DNA of 64,000 bases from Lytechinus pictus (Eukaryota), in assembly GCF_037042905.1 (NCBI RefSeq), contig NC_087251.1, positions 11,596,001 through 11,660,000 of the forward strand, in the 5' to 3' direction. The notes beneath the pieces were generated by a model. It was not told the origin of the DNA, made no database searches, and saw only the letters and a program-made list of their open reading frames with translations. Below, piece after piece: positions 24,670 through 37,103 of this stretch. The position numbers and the translations under genes were made by a program. Each line of letters opens with the position of its first letter. Position 1 is the first letter of the stretch.

Positions 24670-27180
24670 GGACGTTCCACAGTTAAAGTAAAATCCATGT
24701 AATTTTCACCAAACTTTGCACATAGATACTTTAGAACCTTAATATTCGAAATATGCAAAAATTAACATAGGTCCATGTGCTTGATTTTTTGCTATAGAGC
24801 TTCAAAGTTCACCCAAATTGATGTTCTTAAGAATTGCGCATTCAAAAGAATTTGGCATTTTTAGACCTCCCAAGATTACTACAATGAGTTTAAACCTCTA
24901 TTACTCAGTCAAAATACATGAAAAAGTCATCAAATTTCGCAAGAGAGTTAATAATTGTATCGTTATAATGGAGAATCTATTTATAGTGCTATATGTTTGC
25001 AATTTTAAGTTTAACAGCGCTGTCATTTCTTTAAAAAGGCGTAAACGATAACAAAATCCCAATCTAAAAAATGTAAAATTTCAGTAACAAACTACAAACG
25101 TACAATAAATGCTGCACTTTATTCAAAATCCATGTCATTTTCACCAAAATTTGCAGAGTTGTAGAGGAAGGTATACCTAAGGCCAAGTAAAAAAAGAAAG
25201 TAGTTGATCGTCCTCGCGCGCATCTATTTTGGCCGCCGCATGAAAATTTTTACTATTTACTATTTTCAAAAATTGGCTAAAAAAAAAAAAAAAAAAAAAA
25301 AAAAATTGTGATGTTTCTCGTCCGCGCCCGATTCCCTTTTTGATAGCAGCATCAATTGTCTTGATATTTACTATTTTTATGGCTTCTGAGTAGCGATTTT
25401 TTTTTACAAGATTGGCAAGCGATTTGCTCCCATGTGCTCTGGGATCTCTCTCGCAACTTCAAAAACAATTGCTAAAAAAGTCCGATATCGCCGTAACTGC
25501 AAGAAAGAAAAAAAATTCTGATTTGGTTTTTTATTGGAATTTTGAAGATACCATCATAAATTAGCAAGAAAATAAAGTTTGCAAACTCGGAAAAGATCAC
25601 GGATTTCTTCATTTTTAGTGCATTTTCGGGGACCCCGCTTCATGAATCTGAACTAATCCGTCGCGTGCTTTGGAAATATGGCGCAGATAAATCAATTTTA
25701 ATGACGTAATTTGTATTTTAGCGGGTATTTTGGTGAGTGATAGCGCCTGTACTTCGATGTGTATTACGATGATTGACTGTGCTTGTGTTGGGTGAATGCA
25801 TGTGTGCTGGGCATGGGATGATGTGATTGACTGTGCTGGCGCGACATGTGAATTTGTGAAATGGATTGAATTTTCTGGCGAGTTTTCTAACGTCAGCAGG
25901 CAATGCATTGAATATTCAAAAAATTATTTCAAGATTGAAAATCATTAATGGGATTCCAGTAAGTGCCAATTCTGTTCAAATTTGATAAACTTCATTCTTC
26001 CTTGGGCTATTCGATTTGATGGACAATTGTAAAAATTAGTTATAGATCTAACACTAACAGTTACAAATATTGAAATAATAAACATTACTGGTATGTGAAT
26101 AATTAACAATTAATTCAATAATCATTTAACATTTGATATCAATTAAAAGATGAATAAAAATTGAACAGTATTAAACATTATGTAAACGAACATACAGCCA
26201 GCTGGAAACTGCAACGCGAAACCATGCCCAGAGCTAAAAAAGAGATTGACTCTGGAAAACTGAACATGGCTCCATGGTAATGAAAATTACCCCCCCATGC
26301 ATTTTTTACTCTTACATATATATTAATATGGAATAATGTTTAAATCATTCACTTGACATGAACATTTTGTTTTACAACAATACAGTACCGGTATACATCA
26401 GTAATACATCAATAGATTTTATTGCAATATACATTTTCCATAGATTTCCAATCAATTGTATATATTATGCATATATATCTATATATATATATTTCTACTC
26501 ATAAATTATCAATATTGAGCATGCATCGATCACATAATTCGAGCTTGACATGGCCTGACAATCATTTGAATAAAAAATAGCAAAAAAAAAAGTAAATAGT
26601 AAGGACCTCCCTCATCACTGATGTCAAAAAACGGGCCGAGAAAATGCCCCCTTGTTTTCAAAAAAAATAGTAAGATAGCAAATAGTAAGGACCTCCCTCA
26701 TCACTGCTTTAAAAAAACCCGGACGATCAACTACTGTCTTTTTTTACTTGGCCTAAGAGGTACAAACATTAAAAAATAGGGGTTCATGTGCTTGCTTTTA
26801 AACTATCAGCATTTTTATTAGAGCAAATGTGCTTTTTAAAACACCAAAAATGCGCCGAATGCTTTGTATCTATGTGAAGAAAAAAATCAAACCACTCTAC
26901 CATGTATTCAAACTTGGGGTAATATTCGTGATTCTTGGCAGCAATGCAGAGTAAAGTATTTTGAAATTGTAGAAATTTTTTTTTGAATGGTCCATGGAAC
27001 AATTCCATTTTTTAGCTTCATGAAATAACGCATCGGATCTGCAGTTAAAGTGCAGAAGATGAGAAAAATCAGCTCATACCCGCAGCTAATTAATCACCTG
27101 TTCATCCATTGTGACGTCAGCGCGCAGAGTGTAAACTATGCGCAGATCATAATGCGCACAAACATAAGTGTGGAACGTCC
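24670..27180. mobile_element. Non-autonomous Kolobok-like element
   Basis: TIR GGACGTTCCACA; TTAA TSD (24666-24669 and 27181-27184). Confidence 0.8.
25181..26753. mobile_element. Non-autonomous Zator-like (or Harbinger-like) element nested in the Kolobok-like element
   Basis: 33-bp TIR GGCCAAGTAAAAAAAGA.AGTAGTTGATCGTCC; 3-bp TSD TAA. Confidence 0.8.
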
Positions 27181-27685
27181 TTAAGAGAAATATTCTTGTA
27201 GGGCCTAATTAAATAGGCCTAGTTACAATAAAATCCGTATTCCGAAAATTCTTGTATGATGGTGGTCCCCAAGTCTGCGCACCTAACGATTTGAGTTAAG
27301 ATTTAACATGAACTTCTTTTTATTTCACAAAATCTCTCTGTTAATAATGTTCCTTATAATTATTATGAGTAAGTGTACCAAATATCTCATTAAAATTTGA
27401 GAAAATATAGGATTTTCTTTAAAAAACTTTGGGCAGTCATTTTCAGATTGAAAAAAAAAATGGTACCGGTACCCCATGTCTGCACACCCACTCACTTTGC
27501 ACACGATTCAGGTTTTTTTTATGAGAAAGGCTGCATTTTGAGGCCGTCACATGCAATGCCCAAAATTCATTATTTTTCCATCATTTTGAGTCGGATTTTT
27601 TAATGAATATCTGTCTATGTGCTGCATGAGTAAATTTTGTGTTCGTTGCGTATCTTCTTTTACTAGAATCGCGCAGATATGCGTG

Positions 27686-28495
27686 TGCGCAGACTTGGGG
27701 GAACTTGCCATACCTTTTCTTGTAACTTTCGCTAAGTGCGTATGATGTCAGAGCTAGAATTATGCGGAAAGTTAAAAACGGCGGATAAATATCCCTTTGC
27801 GCAAGATAACATATATCGAGATAAAAGGTATCTTTGACTTTGCGTTCTGTTAACTTCCTTGCAAAATACAAGAAAATTTACAAGAGGTAGGGAGCCAAGG
27901 GCCGATTGCACGAAAGGGTCTTTCCAAGGACCATCTTTCGTGTCGCCCATCTTTTATGATGCGCTGTTTGCGGGATTTTCTGAAATGTATGATAAACAGA
28001 CAAGGGGGACTGCGCAGACTTGGGGGAACTTGCCATACCTTTTCTTGTAACTTTCGCCAAGTGCGTATGATGTCAGAGCTAAAATTATGCGGAAAGTTAA
28101 AAACGGCGGATAAATATCCCTTTGTGTTCTGTTAACTCCCTTGCAAAATACAAGAAAATTTACAAGAGGTAGGGAGCCAGGGGCCGATTGCACGAAAGGG
28201 TCTTTTTAAGGACCATCTTTCGTGTCGCCCATCTTTTATGATGCGCTGTATGCGGGATTTTCTGAAATGTATGATAAACAAATGAAATTTGTTAGCTAGC
28301 ATTTTAATCGATTTGTATACAATTTCCTGATATATCACATCATTTTATAAACAAAGATTTTGTTTACTCTAACAGATGAATAAAATATGTTTGCAGGTAA
28401 TTTATTTAACATGTGTTTCACATGGCGTATCATAATAAATGGGCGACACGAAAGACGGTCCTTGGAAAGACCCTTTCGTGCAATCGGCCCATGGG
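27686..28495. repeat. ~325-bp tandem duplication (27686-28010 and 28011-28281) overlapping a MITE-like inverted repeat (28177-28495)
   Basis: TGCGCAGACTTGGGGGAACTTGCCATACC... repeated; GGGCCGATTGCACGAAAGGGTC... occurs twice on + and once inverted at 28430-28495. Confidence 0.75.
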
Positions 28496-29493
28496 TTGTA
28501 ATAAAAAACGTTTTTTTATAAAAAATAAAAAAAACGTTTTTTATTGTTTTAAAATGTTTAAAATCGTTTTATTACATTTTTTTCCAACAAATAATGCAAC
28601 TTTTCGTAAATCAATTAAACTATACGGTACAGTCTGATTTAAGCTCTTGATGTTTTAAACATATTATTGGAGTAAGTAAGAGAAGACTACAATGTTTGTT
28701 ACTGAATTTCCAACAGAAAAATTCATTTTTCCCAAAAAAAATTACTAAATCATGGAAATTGAATGCCACCCCCCCCCCCACTAAAGTTGACATTTCATAA
28801 GTTAATTCCTCATACATGTGTATATACATGTAGTCCCGGTGTATTTTTAGTCTTGTCAATCTGGGGGGGGGGGGGCGAGAAGAATTTGCACAATGGAAGA
28901 AAATGACATACCGGCACTGTATAATCTATGGAGTTCAAAGCTTAATTGATTTGAATCAATTATGCCAATTTTAGTTCTTTAGTTAATATAAATATTAAGC
29001 CCTTGAACTGCTTTTTTCAATTGAGGAATTTACATGTAGATCAAATGCATAAAAGATAAAAAATCAGTATAAAAAGTTTTTTTCATTTTTTTTTTAAATG
29101 GAAATTATTGGCAATAATTTCAATTAACAAAAAGTACAATAATGATACAGATTTTGACAAGAATTTACAATTGACTTTATACATGAATCATGTTTTTAGC
29201 AATTTGGGGTCTGACATGCACTTGTTGTGTAATATCATAACCGCATACCCATGCATGCATCCTAAAATAGTCTTGAATGATATGGCGTACGTGGCCCTGT
29301 CACGTTATAGATTTATCATATAAATTTTTGAGGGGGCCATTGAGGTCCCCTGGGATTGTTAGGTGTAAGGTTTGCTAGCTGATTATCTTATACTGTTTAA
29401 AGTACTTTTCTTCATCTTTACAAAGCGCAAAGTGTCACCTGCTTTCGTGTGTACTTCAAGAGTAAGATGAAATGGAAGTGTTGCACAAGCATA

Positions 29494-29848
29494 GGAGGAG
29501 CCGTGTTGTAGTGGTTCTGACTCTCGCCTTGTAAACAGAGGGTCGTGTGTTCGAATCCCACCGCGGTCTGGCGTCCTTTGGCAAGGCGTTAATCCACACT
29601 TTGCCACTCTCGACCCAGGTGCTAAATGGGTACCCGGTAAGATGTGAAAGTCATTGTAGCTTCTCCAGTTCTGTGTGCGCCTCATCGGCGACTGACTGGA
29701 ATACTCCCCAGGGAGTGGAGGATGTGCATACATTGTGTGCGGGAATGACTGATTTAATCCAATGACCGGGGTAATAATATATCTCTAAAGCGCTTAGACA
29801 CGTCGTTTCGATGTATTAAGCGGTATATATAAGCAGATTATTATTATT
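29494..29848 (+). mobile_element. tRNA-derived SINE with L2-like 3' tail
   Basis: A box (TGTTGTAGTGG), B box (GTTCGAATCCC), tail AAAGCGCTTAG...TATATAAG-(ATT)n; 7-bp TSD AAGCATA (29487-29493 and 29849-29855). Confidence 0.85.
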
Positions 29849-30049
29849 AAGCATAATAATGTTTTACAAACCGCCGCCTTCCCGCATATTAGCGCGGACT
29901 GCGCGTCGCCCTCCCGCTCAAAGGTCGTTAGCGCAAACTGCACGTCGCCTTCCCGCAGAAAGGCTGTTGGCATGCAGTTAAGAGTGCGCAAACGGCCTTT
30001 GTGCGGGCAGGCGATGCGCAATCCGCGCTGACGGCCCTTATGCGGGAAG

Positions 30050-33034
30050 AGGGCCAGAACGTGTTGAAAGTGCGTCAAAAGTATATTCGGTGTTACATTT
30101 TTACGTTAACATGTTGATTATGGATAATTTTGGGCGTAGAATCGACTGAACATAATTTAAAGCCGATATGACGTCACTTTGATACCAAATCTTGATTAGC
30201 TACTTAAAACCTATCTGTGAAAAGACAAATTACTCTAAACAATGTGCAGTATATAAACTTTGTGTTATGTGTTTCTTTAAGATTGACCAGAGTGAATGTT
30301 GGTTTATGCTTCTCACATGCCTAAAAAGTGTGTATGAGATCCTGAAAATAATTTTATGGCATCAAAATGATCATTAGATTTAAAAAAAATACTTAAAAAT
30401 CTGAAAAATATTAACCGTGCTTTATCAAGTGGCGTAGACTTGGGTAAAACGCAAAGTATAACACCACGAATGTTTTACTATGAGGAGGGTTTTTTGCTGA
30501 AATTATTCTACAAGTAACTTTTATATCTGGAAGAGGGGCGGGTAGCCCTAATATTAGTGCTGCAAGTCAGGCGGCATGTTCGGGTTCGGTTCGGTTCGGC
30601 ACGGTTCGGTAATTTTTTTCCGAACTTTGGTTCGGTTCGGGGTTCGGCAATAAATGCCAAATTAAATTTAACATATAAAAAAATAAAGTTCGCCGACCCA
30701 CGAACACATAAATTCCCGAACGATCTTTCATATATTTATAATAAATTTTGTTTCTAAAAAGAATAGTTATGAAATTGTTGCATAACTTTCTTTTGTTTTA
30801 ATCTTTAAACAAAAAATATGAGTCATTTCTACTTTCATTTTTAAAATGAAAAAAAAAAATCAAAAGAAAAAAATATTGATAACGAGAGAATCAGGACATT
30901 AACAGAATTACAAAGAAAATAATTTTTTTTTTTCATGATTATTTCATGTAGCTAAGACCATGATCGATTACAATGTCATTGCCAACGCAGCTTCTCAAAT
31001 TGGAAAGTGTTGATCGGGAATGTCGAAACAGTAGACAAACAACCTCAACTCAACTGTTATTATACTGGTAAAATTCACATTCCAAAGAATATGAAATGTT
31101 TTAGAAAGTCCCTATTTTCTGAAAAGTGGTTAAATCTGGTCAATCAATTACTTTAAAAAGATAAAATATCAGTCCATTCTTGGTCCAGAAAGATCGACGC
31201 TACGCGACTTCAAACATATTTCCAACACGAAAATGAGTACATGGGACTGTACTGTGTATTTTAGTGTTGTGAAATCACTCGGCGATGATCGTCAGAACCA
31301 AGACGGAACTGATAATTTATTATTTCATTTTCAGTAATTGACCAAATTAAACCACTTTTTTAGAAAATATTGACAACGGAAAAACATTTGAAGTTCGGAA
31401 TACGAATTTTACCTGTATAATAGCAACTGAGAGCAGGTTGTTTGGACTTCCTGTTTCAACTTTCCTTACCAACCATTCGATTTCCGGAACATCGATCAGG
31501 GAACATGCGTTGATTTGGTTTGAATTTTTATCTTTTCTGTTTTTTTTTCAACCTCATTCCTTCATCTCTTATTTATTTATCTTTTATATTAATATGGAAA
31601 TTTCAGAAGGTGGAATATATTTACTTTACCATTACTTTGTCAGTCACAAGGAATTAATTTATGTCTTGTATTTTTCTTTTTTAAATACAAAACAATTAAA
31701 TGTACGTCGGATTAGAGCAATACGTAATTCAACTACACTTTTTAACTGAGTTAAGCTTAAAATGTCCCCACGTTTTATGAAGAAAAAAATAAATTCATGT
31801 TTATAAAAAAAATTGAAAATGATACAAACTTAATCAAACACGAGACCGAAGCTGTCATACTTTGTCATTTACAAGGAATGAATTTATGTCTGGTTCTTTT
31901 TCTTTATTAAATACAAAATGATTAGGTCCGATTACGATCACGATCGATTACGGCAATACGTAATTAAACCACACTTTTATACCAAGTTTAGCTTCAAAAT
32001 GTCCCCTCATTTTATCAAGAAAAAATATATTCATGTTAATAAAATATTCTTAAGTTGATAACAGTTCAATCAAAGACGAGATGGGAGCTATCAAAATAGA
32101 TTTAAAAAATATATAGAGTGGAATTCTTTTTGTGCACAATCACTAACCAATATTTTTTTATTTTATTTTATACTTAAATATATGTAGTCAGTGCATTATT
32201 GCATTGCAAATATTATTATTATTTTTTTTTTCCCGAACTACCGAACCAGGCCTTTGTGTTCGGTTCGGTTCGGTCCGGTTCGGAAGTGCCAAGTTCGGTG
32301 AACTTCCGTTCGGTTCGGCAGTTCGGCTACAGCACTACCTAATATGCATTATCAACCTTTATTTTGTTTGCATTATGCCCGGAATTCATGTCATTTGGAA
32401 TGGAAGGGGAATCGTACTCGCCATGCAAAAATAAACGGCAATGTACACCCTACACGGTGCGCTGCGATGACTGCGCTGTATAAAAAGACCGTTTTTTAAC
32501 AGGTTTTGGGGGTGTTCAGTCAAGTAAAATCGGCTCTAACATGAAAACGGGCAGCTAAATTTGGTATTGACTTAAAGCTTTAATAGACATATAGCAAAAT
32601 GATGATGATAGATTTAAACGGAAATCCAAACGTTTCTAATGTTAATGCAAAAAACATGTATTATCAGCCTATTTCAAGGAATAATTATCCCATAAACGTC
32701 CTGAAATGTGTCTTATATCTAATTTGAACCCTTTCACACGAAAAAAGAATATATCAGGATTATGTGGGTGCCATTTCAGATTCCTACATGAAAAAACCTC
32801 TTGTGAAATGGCTTGTTTTTCAATTAAGTTGTCATATATGTGGCATTTCGCAAAATGTCACATTTTACGATTTGAGGGAGGAAATTAACAACCTTTATGC
32901 AAATTCCCGAATGAAATATTTTGCTGAAGTATTCTTCAAAGTGTTGTCTTTCAGCTGGGCATGACAAAAATTAAAAATCTATAATTGCCCAAAATGACTT
33001 TTGGCGCAATTTTGTTTCGCCCCGGCCCACTGTG
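30050..33034. mobile_element. Non-autonomous Transib-like DNA transposon with RSS-like bipartite TIRs (left heptamer lost)
   Basis: Right end read inward: CACAGTG-GGCCGGGGCGAAACAAAATTGCG-CCAAAAGT. Left end: (A)G-GGCCAGAACGTGTTGAAAGTGCG-TCAAAAGT. The two align without gaps. The element interrupts the host palindrome gggaag|gcggcggtttg. Confidence 0.7.
30555..32337. mobile_element. Non-autonomous hAT-like element nested in the Transib-like element
   Basis: TIR TAGTGCTG(C/T)A; perfect 8-bp TSD CCTAATAT (30547-30554 and 32338-32345); subterminal TTCGG/CCGAA repeats at both ends. Confidence 0.85.
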
Positions 33035-34875
33035 CGGCGGTTTGTAAAACATTATTATGCTTGTGCAACACATCCATTTCATTCAAGAACTGCAATGTAT
33101 TTGAGCTTATTTTAAATGGTGTTTCTTTCCCTGTCCAAAAAGTGAGCACAACAGATATTTTGTTGAAATAAGAATATTCTTAATATGGATTGATGTACAA
33201 AATTGAACTGGGAAGAAAGGAACATGACAAAGAGAAAGGGAGAATGAAGGGGGAAAGAGAAAGAAAAGAAAAAGAGTGGTGTTGAGAAAGAGTTTTAATT
33301 AGAAGAAAATAGTACACCACTTCAGAAATAAAAGTATGAAAAAAAAAATTCATCTAAAATCACATCCATGCAAATTTACAACACCCAAGCCTATGTGGTG
33401 TTTTAAAACATGTTTAAAAAAAAAAAACGGGTGTTTTAAAACACACCGTTTAAAACGTGCCAACCCTGTAGGGGGCTATTGTAACTTATTGTTGCAAGCG
33501 ATATTTTTCCGTCTGCAATAATTATTTCTTGCTGCATCCCGCAAGAACATCATGTTTTACAAAAGGAGACATTCCAAAGACATAACGACGGATTGGTAGA
33601 CTTTTCAGCAATTAAAAATTGGTGTTCGAGACGATGAATCTTTTCAGAGAAAATATGTCTCTGAGAATAGCCACATGTATTTTTAGCACAGAAGCGCACA
33701 AGCATAAGCATCGGGGCGCAAGGAAATTACGCCTCATCAACAATGCGCTTCATAATTTTTCAGAAGAGACGCTTCTATTTGTTGACCTAAGCATATAAAA
33801 AGCTTAATGATTGGTGGATGATGAAATATTGGGCGTGTCAGAGATAAAATAGGGGACGTCCTTACAGAGATAAGACAATTTTCAGAATACCAATTTAAGA
33901 GAATTTTAGCGAGCTGTTATCTTGCTGACTTACAAGAAAAGTTAAGACAATTTTCAGAATACCACCCCAAAACTGCTTCGGTCTCTGTTACATGTATGTT
34001 GGTTGTTCCACTGAACTCCGTTAGCTCCACTCACCAAGTCCAAGAAATAATTTAAAAAAATTTAAATGTTTAAAAACTCCTCGAAACAGACGGCTCCAAA
34101 ATCACATGCATCGCGAGAACTTGTTCCAAAGCAATGCGATCATTTTTGTAACAGTTGCAGATTGGTATTTAAATTATGATTTTGGTTGAAATATAAATTG
34201 TTTTTGCTGTTTGACTTTGATTGGTGAGTGTTTAGATCTGTTTAGTTTTTAAGAAGACGCTGGGTCGATCGCCCAGGTTTGATTGATCCCATGATTGCGC
34301 ACTCAAGCGGATAGATTTTCGACAGTGACATGTATATCGTCAATTGCTATCTGTACCAATGGTTGAATGTGGAAAAAGCTCCAGGACATAACAAATATAT
34401 AATTTTACAGCATTATTTTTAAGTGTGAACTTTTTTTTATAAGCACTGTATAGATCTAGGGGGGGGGGGGGGAACCTTCCCAAAATGTTGCTGAAATTTC
34501 ACATTTTACATTTTAATGGTGTCCTACATATATTTCACAATTATGCCTTAGTTGTTTACTTATTTTAATTTTTTATTTTTGGTGTTAGGCTTATTCCTGT
34601 TGTTCTGTATATATACAGTCAGGATAGACATTTTATTAGTTTGGCAAACCAATAAGAAATTGCATGTTTAAGGATGCTCAATGAACACATGCTCCCATGT
34701 ATTCATCAATGTGATTACATGTATATTAAAAGTGGGTGTGAGCTTAAGTTGAAATTTCTTTATCAAACAATCCACCTGAAAGGCACCTTCCATCAGAATT
34801 ACCCATCTCTGACAAAAAGTACCCTTCACATTTTGCATAAAATTGTGTTATGAAGTAAATTTGCTCTTTTTTTAA

Positions 34876-36808
34876 AGGACAAGTCCATCCCAACAAAACG
34901 TTTATTTGAATAAAAAGAGAAAAATCCAACAAGCATAACACTGAAAATTTCATCTAAATCGGATGTAAAATAAAGTTATGACATTTTAAAGTTTCGTTTA
35001 ATTTCACAAAAGAGTTATATGCACATCCCGGTCGGTAGCAAATAAGGGTACTCATGACATCACTCACTCACTATTTCTTTTGTATTTTATTATATGTAAT
35101 ATGAAATATTCTAATTTTCTCCTCATTGTCCTGTGAAACAAAGTTTTATTTCTCCCTGAACATGTTGAATTACCATTGCTTAACATTTTATGGTTCAGTG
35201 AAGTTGGTCTTCATTGTCAAATCTGCAAAAATTGAAATACATGTAATCAGGCCTCTACAAATTTTTTTTTGTCCCTTGCCCTGTTGGGCAAGTGATGAAA
35301 AAGTTTGCTTGTCCGATAGAAAAAACTGCTTGCCCTATTTGTTTTATTTTATTTTTTTATTGTGACGGCACTATTATTTTTAAAGGTCATACAAAATAAC
35401 AACAATTGAGAATCATGTACAGTCTAAAAAGAACACACATTTAAAAGTTTATTTTCAGCAACGTAGGCCTGAGTCATTACGTTTATTTTGATTTTTTTTT
35501 CGCTATTTATAAATGGGGCTTAGAGTCTAATTTAAGGTTTAAAAAAAAAACCTTCACCAAAAGTTGCTAAAATTTCATATTTTGCCATATTTCCTTAGAA
35601 TTGTTTTGATTTAATTGGAAACTATAAAGAAAGCCAGTGAAATATATTCAGCTCTTCATTGACTCTGAAAAAGATCGTTTTATGATGTTAAAAAAAAAAA
35701 AAAAAATCGAAAGTGGAGTGGCTAAAATTTCACATTTTGCATCTTTAAATCCATGAAATGATCATTTATTTTCCATATTTCCTTGAATTTTTTTTTTTTT
35801 AACAAGTTGGAAACATTCAAGTAAATTGAGAATATTCACCTCTCTCTTGTCTCTTCTTCATCATTTTATGATGTTACACTCGGTCAATGTTTTTTTATTG
35901 TAGTCCCGCATGTAGACTTTCATGGTTTTTTTTTCATGATGTTGCAGCATTGATCGTTGATCTTATCGTTTGATCGTTTTGATCGTTTTACACTTAGTCA
36001 ACACCAAGAAAGTCTGCATGTGGGACCACAATAATATAAAACATTTACCGAATGTAACATCATCATAAATCAGAGTCAAGAAAGAGAGTCAAGAAAGAGC
36101 TGAATATTCTTCATTTTTTCAGTAGTTTCCAACTAAATCAAAACAATTTCATGGTAATATGGAAAATAGATAGCCATTTCATGGATCTTTGCAAAATGTG
36201 AAATTTTAGCCACTTTTGGTGGGTTTTTTTTGGTGTGCATCGGCAAATTGCTCAAGTAGCGCATGCGCAGTCATTGCACACATAGAACGTAAGATGCGAT
36301 GGCACGGTTTTTCGAACGAGGTACCTGGCGATAAATTATTGGAAATTGGCGCTGATTTTACATCATTTTCCACTGGTTTTTTTTACTGGTTTGACATAAT
36401 CTGAGAGATAGTTGTGATTATCCAAAAGATATTGAAATTTAGAGGGTGTACTATTATATTTTTTTTCCAAAAAAAAAACTTGCCCGATCGGGCAATTGAC
36501 TTTGAGAAATGCTTGCCCGCACATCATTTTCACTTGCCCCGGGCAAGCGGTTTGTCGCACCCTGCATGTAATGTATAATTCGAACAATAAAAAACAAAAG
36601 AAATAGTGAGGGATATCATTGATTCTCTTGTTTGCATGTGACTAAAATTGTGCATATACATGTAACTATTTTGTGAAAAATAAGCGAAACTTTAAAATGT
36701 CATAACTTTCTTATTTTACATTCGATTTTGATGAAATTTTCAGCATAATGCTTGTCTGATTTTTCACTATTGATTCCAATCAACATTTTTCTGAGGTGTA
36801 CTTGACCC
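34876..36808. mobile_element. Kolobok-like MITE of the AGGACAAGTCCA family, interrupted by a hAT-like insertion; related copies or fragments at ~10470-10780, 15783-16320, 20340-20820, 22660-22922, 49185-49740 and 63033-63840
   Basis: TTAA-AGGACAAGTCCA...CTTGACCC-TTAA; shared internal motifs AACACTGAAAATTTCATC.AAATCGGATGTAAAAT and TATGCAAATGAG. Confidence 0.75.
35248..36564 (+). mobile_element. Non-autonomous hAT-like element, copy 1
   Basis: Ends CAGGCCTCTACAAA and TTTGTCGCACCCTG; perfect 8-bp TSD CATGTAAT; subterminal TTGCCC/GGGCAA repeats. Confidence 0.85.
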
Positions 36809-37103
36809 TTAATACAATATTCATGTAGGCCTATTGACTTCATTTTAGGGTGGATAACAAGTCAAAAGATTTGAATTGTTAAATGGAATCAAGCTTTCCG
36901 TTTTGTTTTGAATATATATTCTTTGAATAGAGAACCTGATAATACTTTGAATTGCCATTGACACACCCAGGGAAGAAACCATGGGAAAATACCATGAACA
37001 AAGCAAATCGTTCTGCTTGAATTGCCACTGGTGTAATCACTCAACTTTTCATGTGTATTGAAGCCAGAGAAACAAGGCTTGCATGTTTGTCTTCATACCA
37101 CTG

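Larger units (their letters stand above)
29467..33082. mobile_element. Palindromic MITE hosting a SINE and the Transib-like insertion
   Basis: Left arm ATGAAATGGAAGTGTTGCACAAGCATA[SINE]ATAATGTTTTACAAACCGCCGC is the reverse complement of 33034-33082. Confidence 0.75.
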
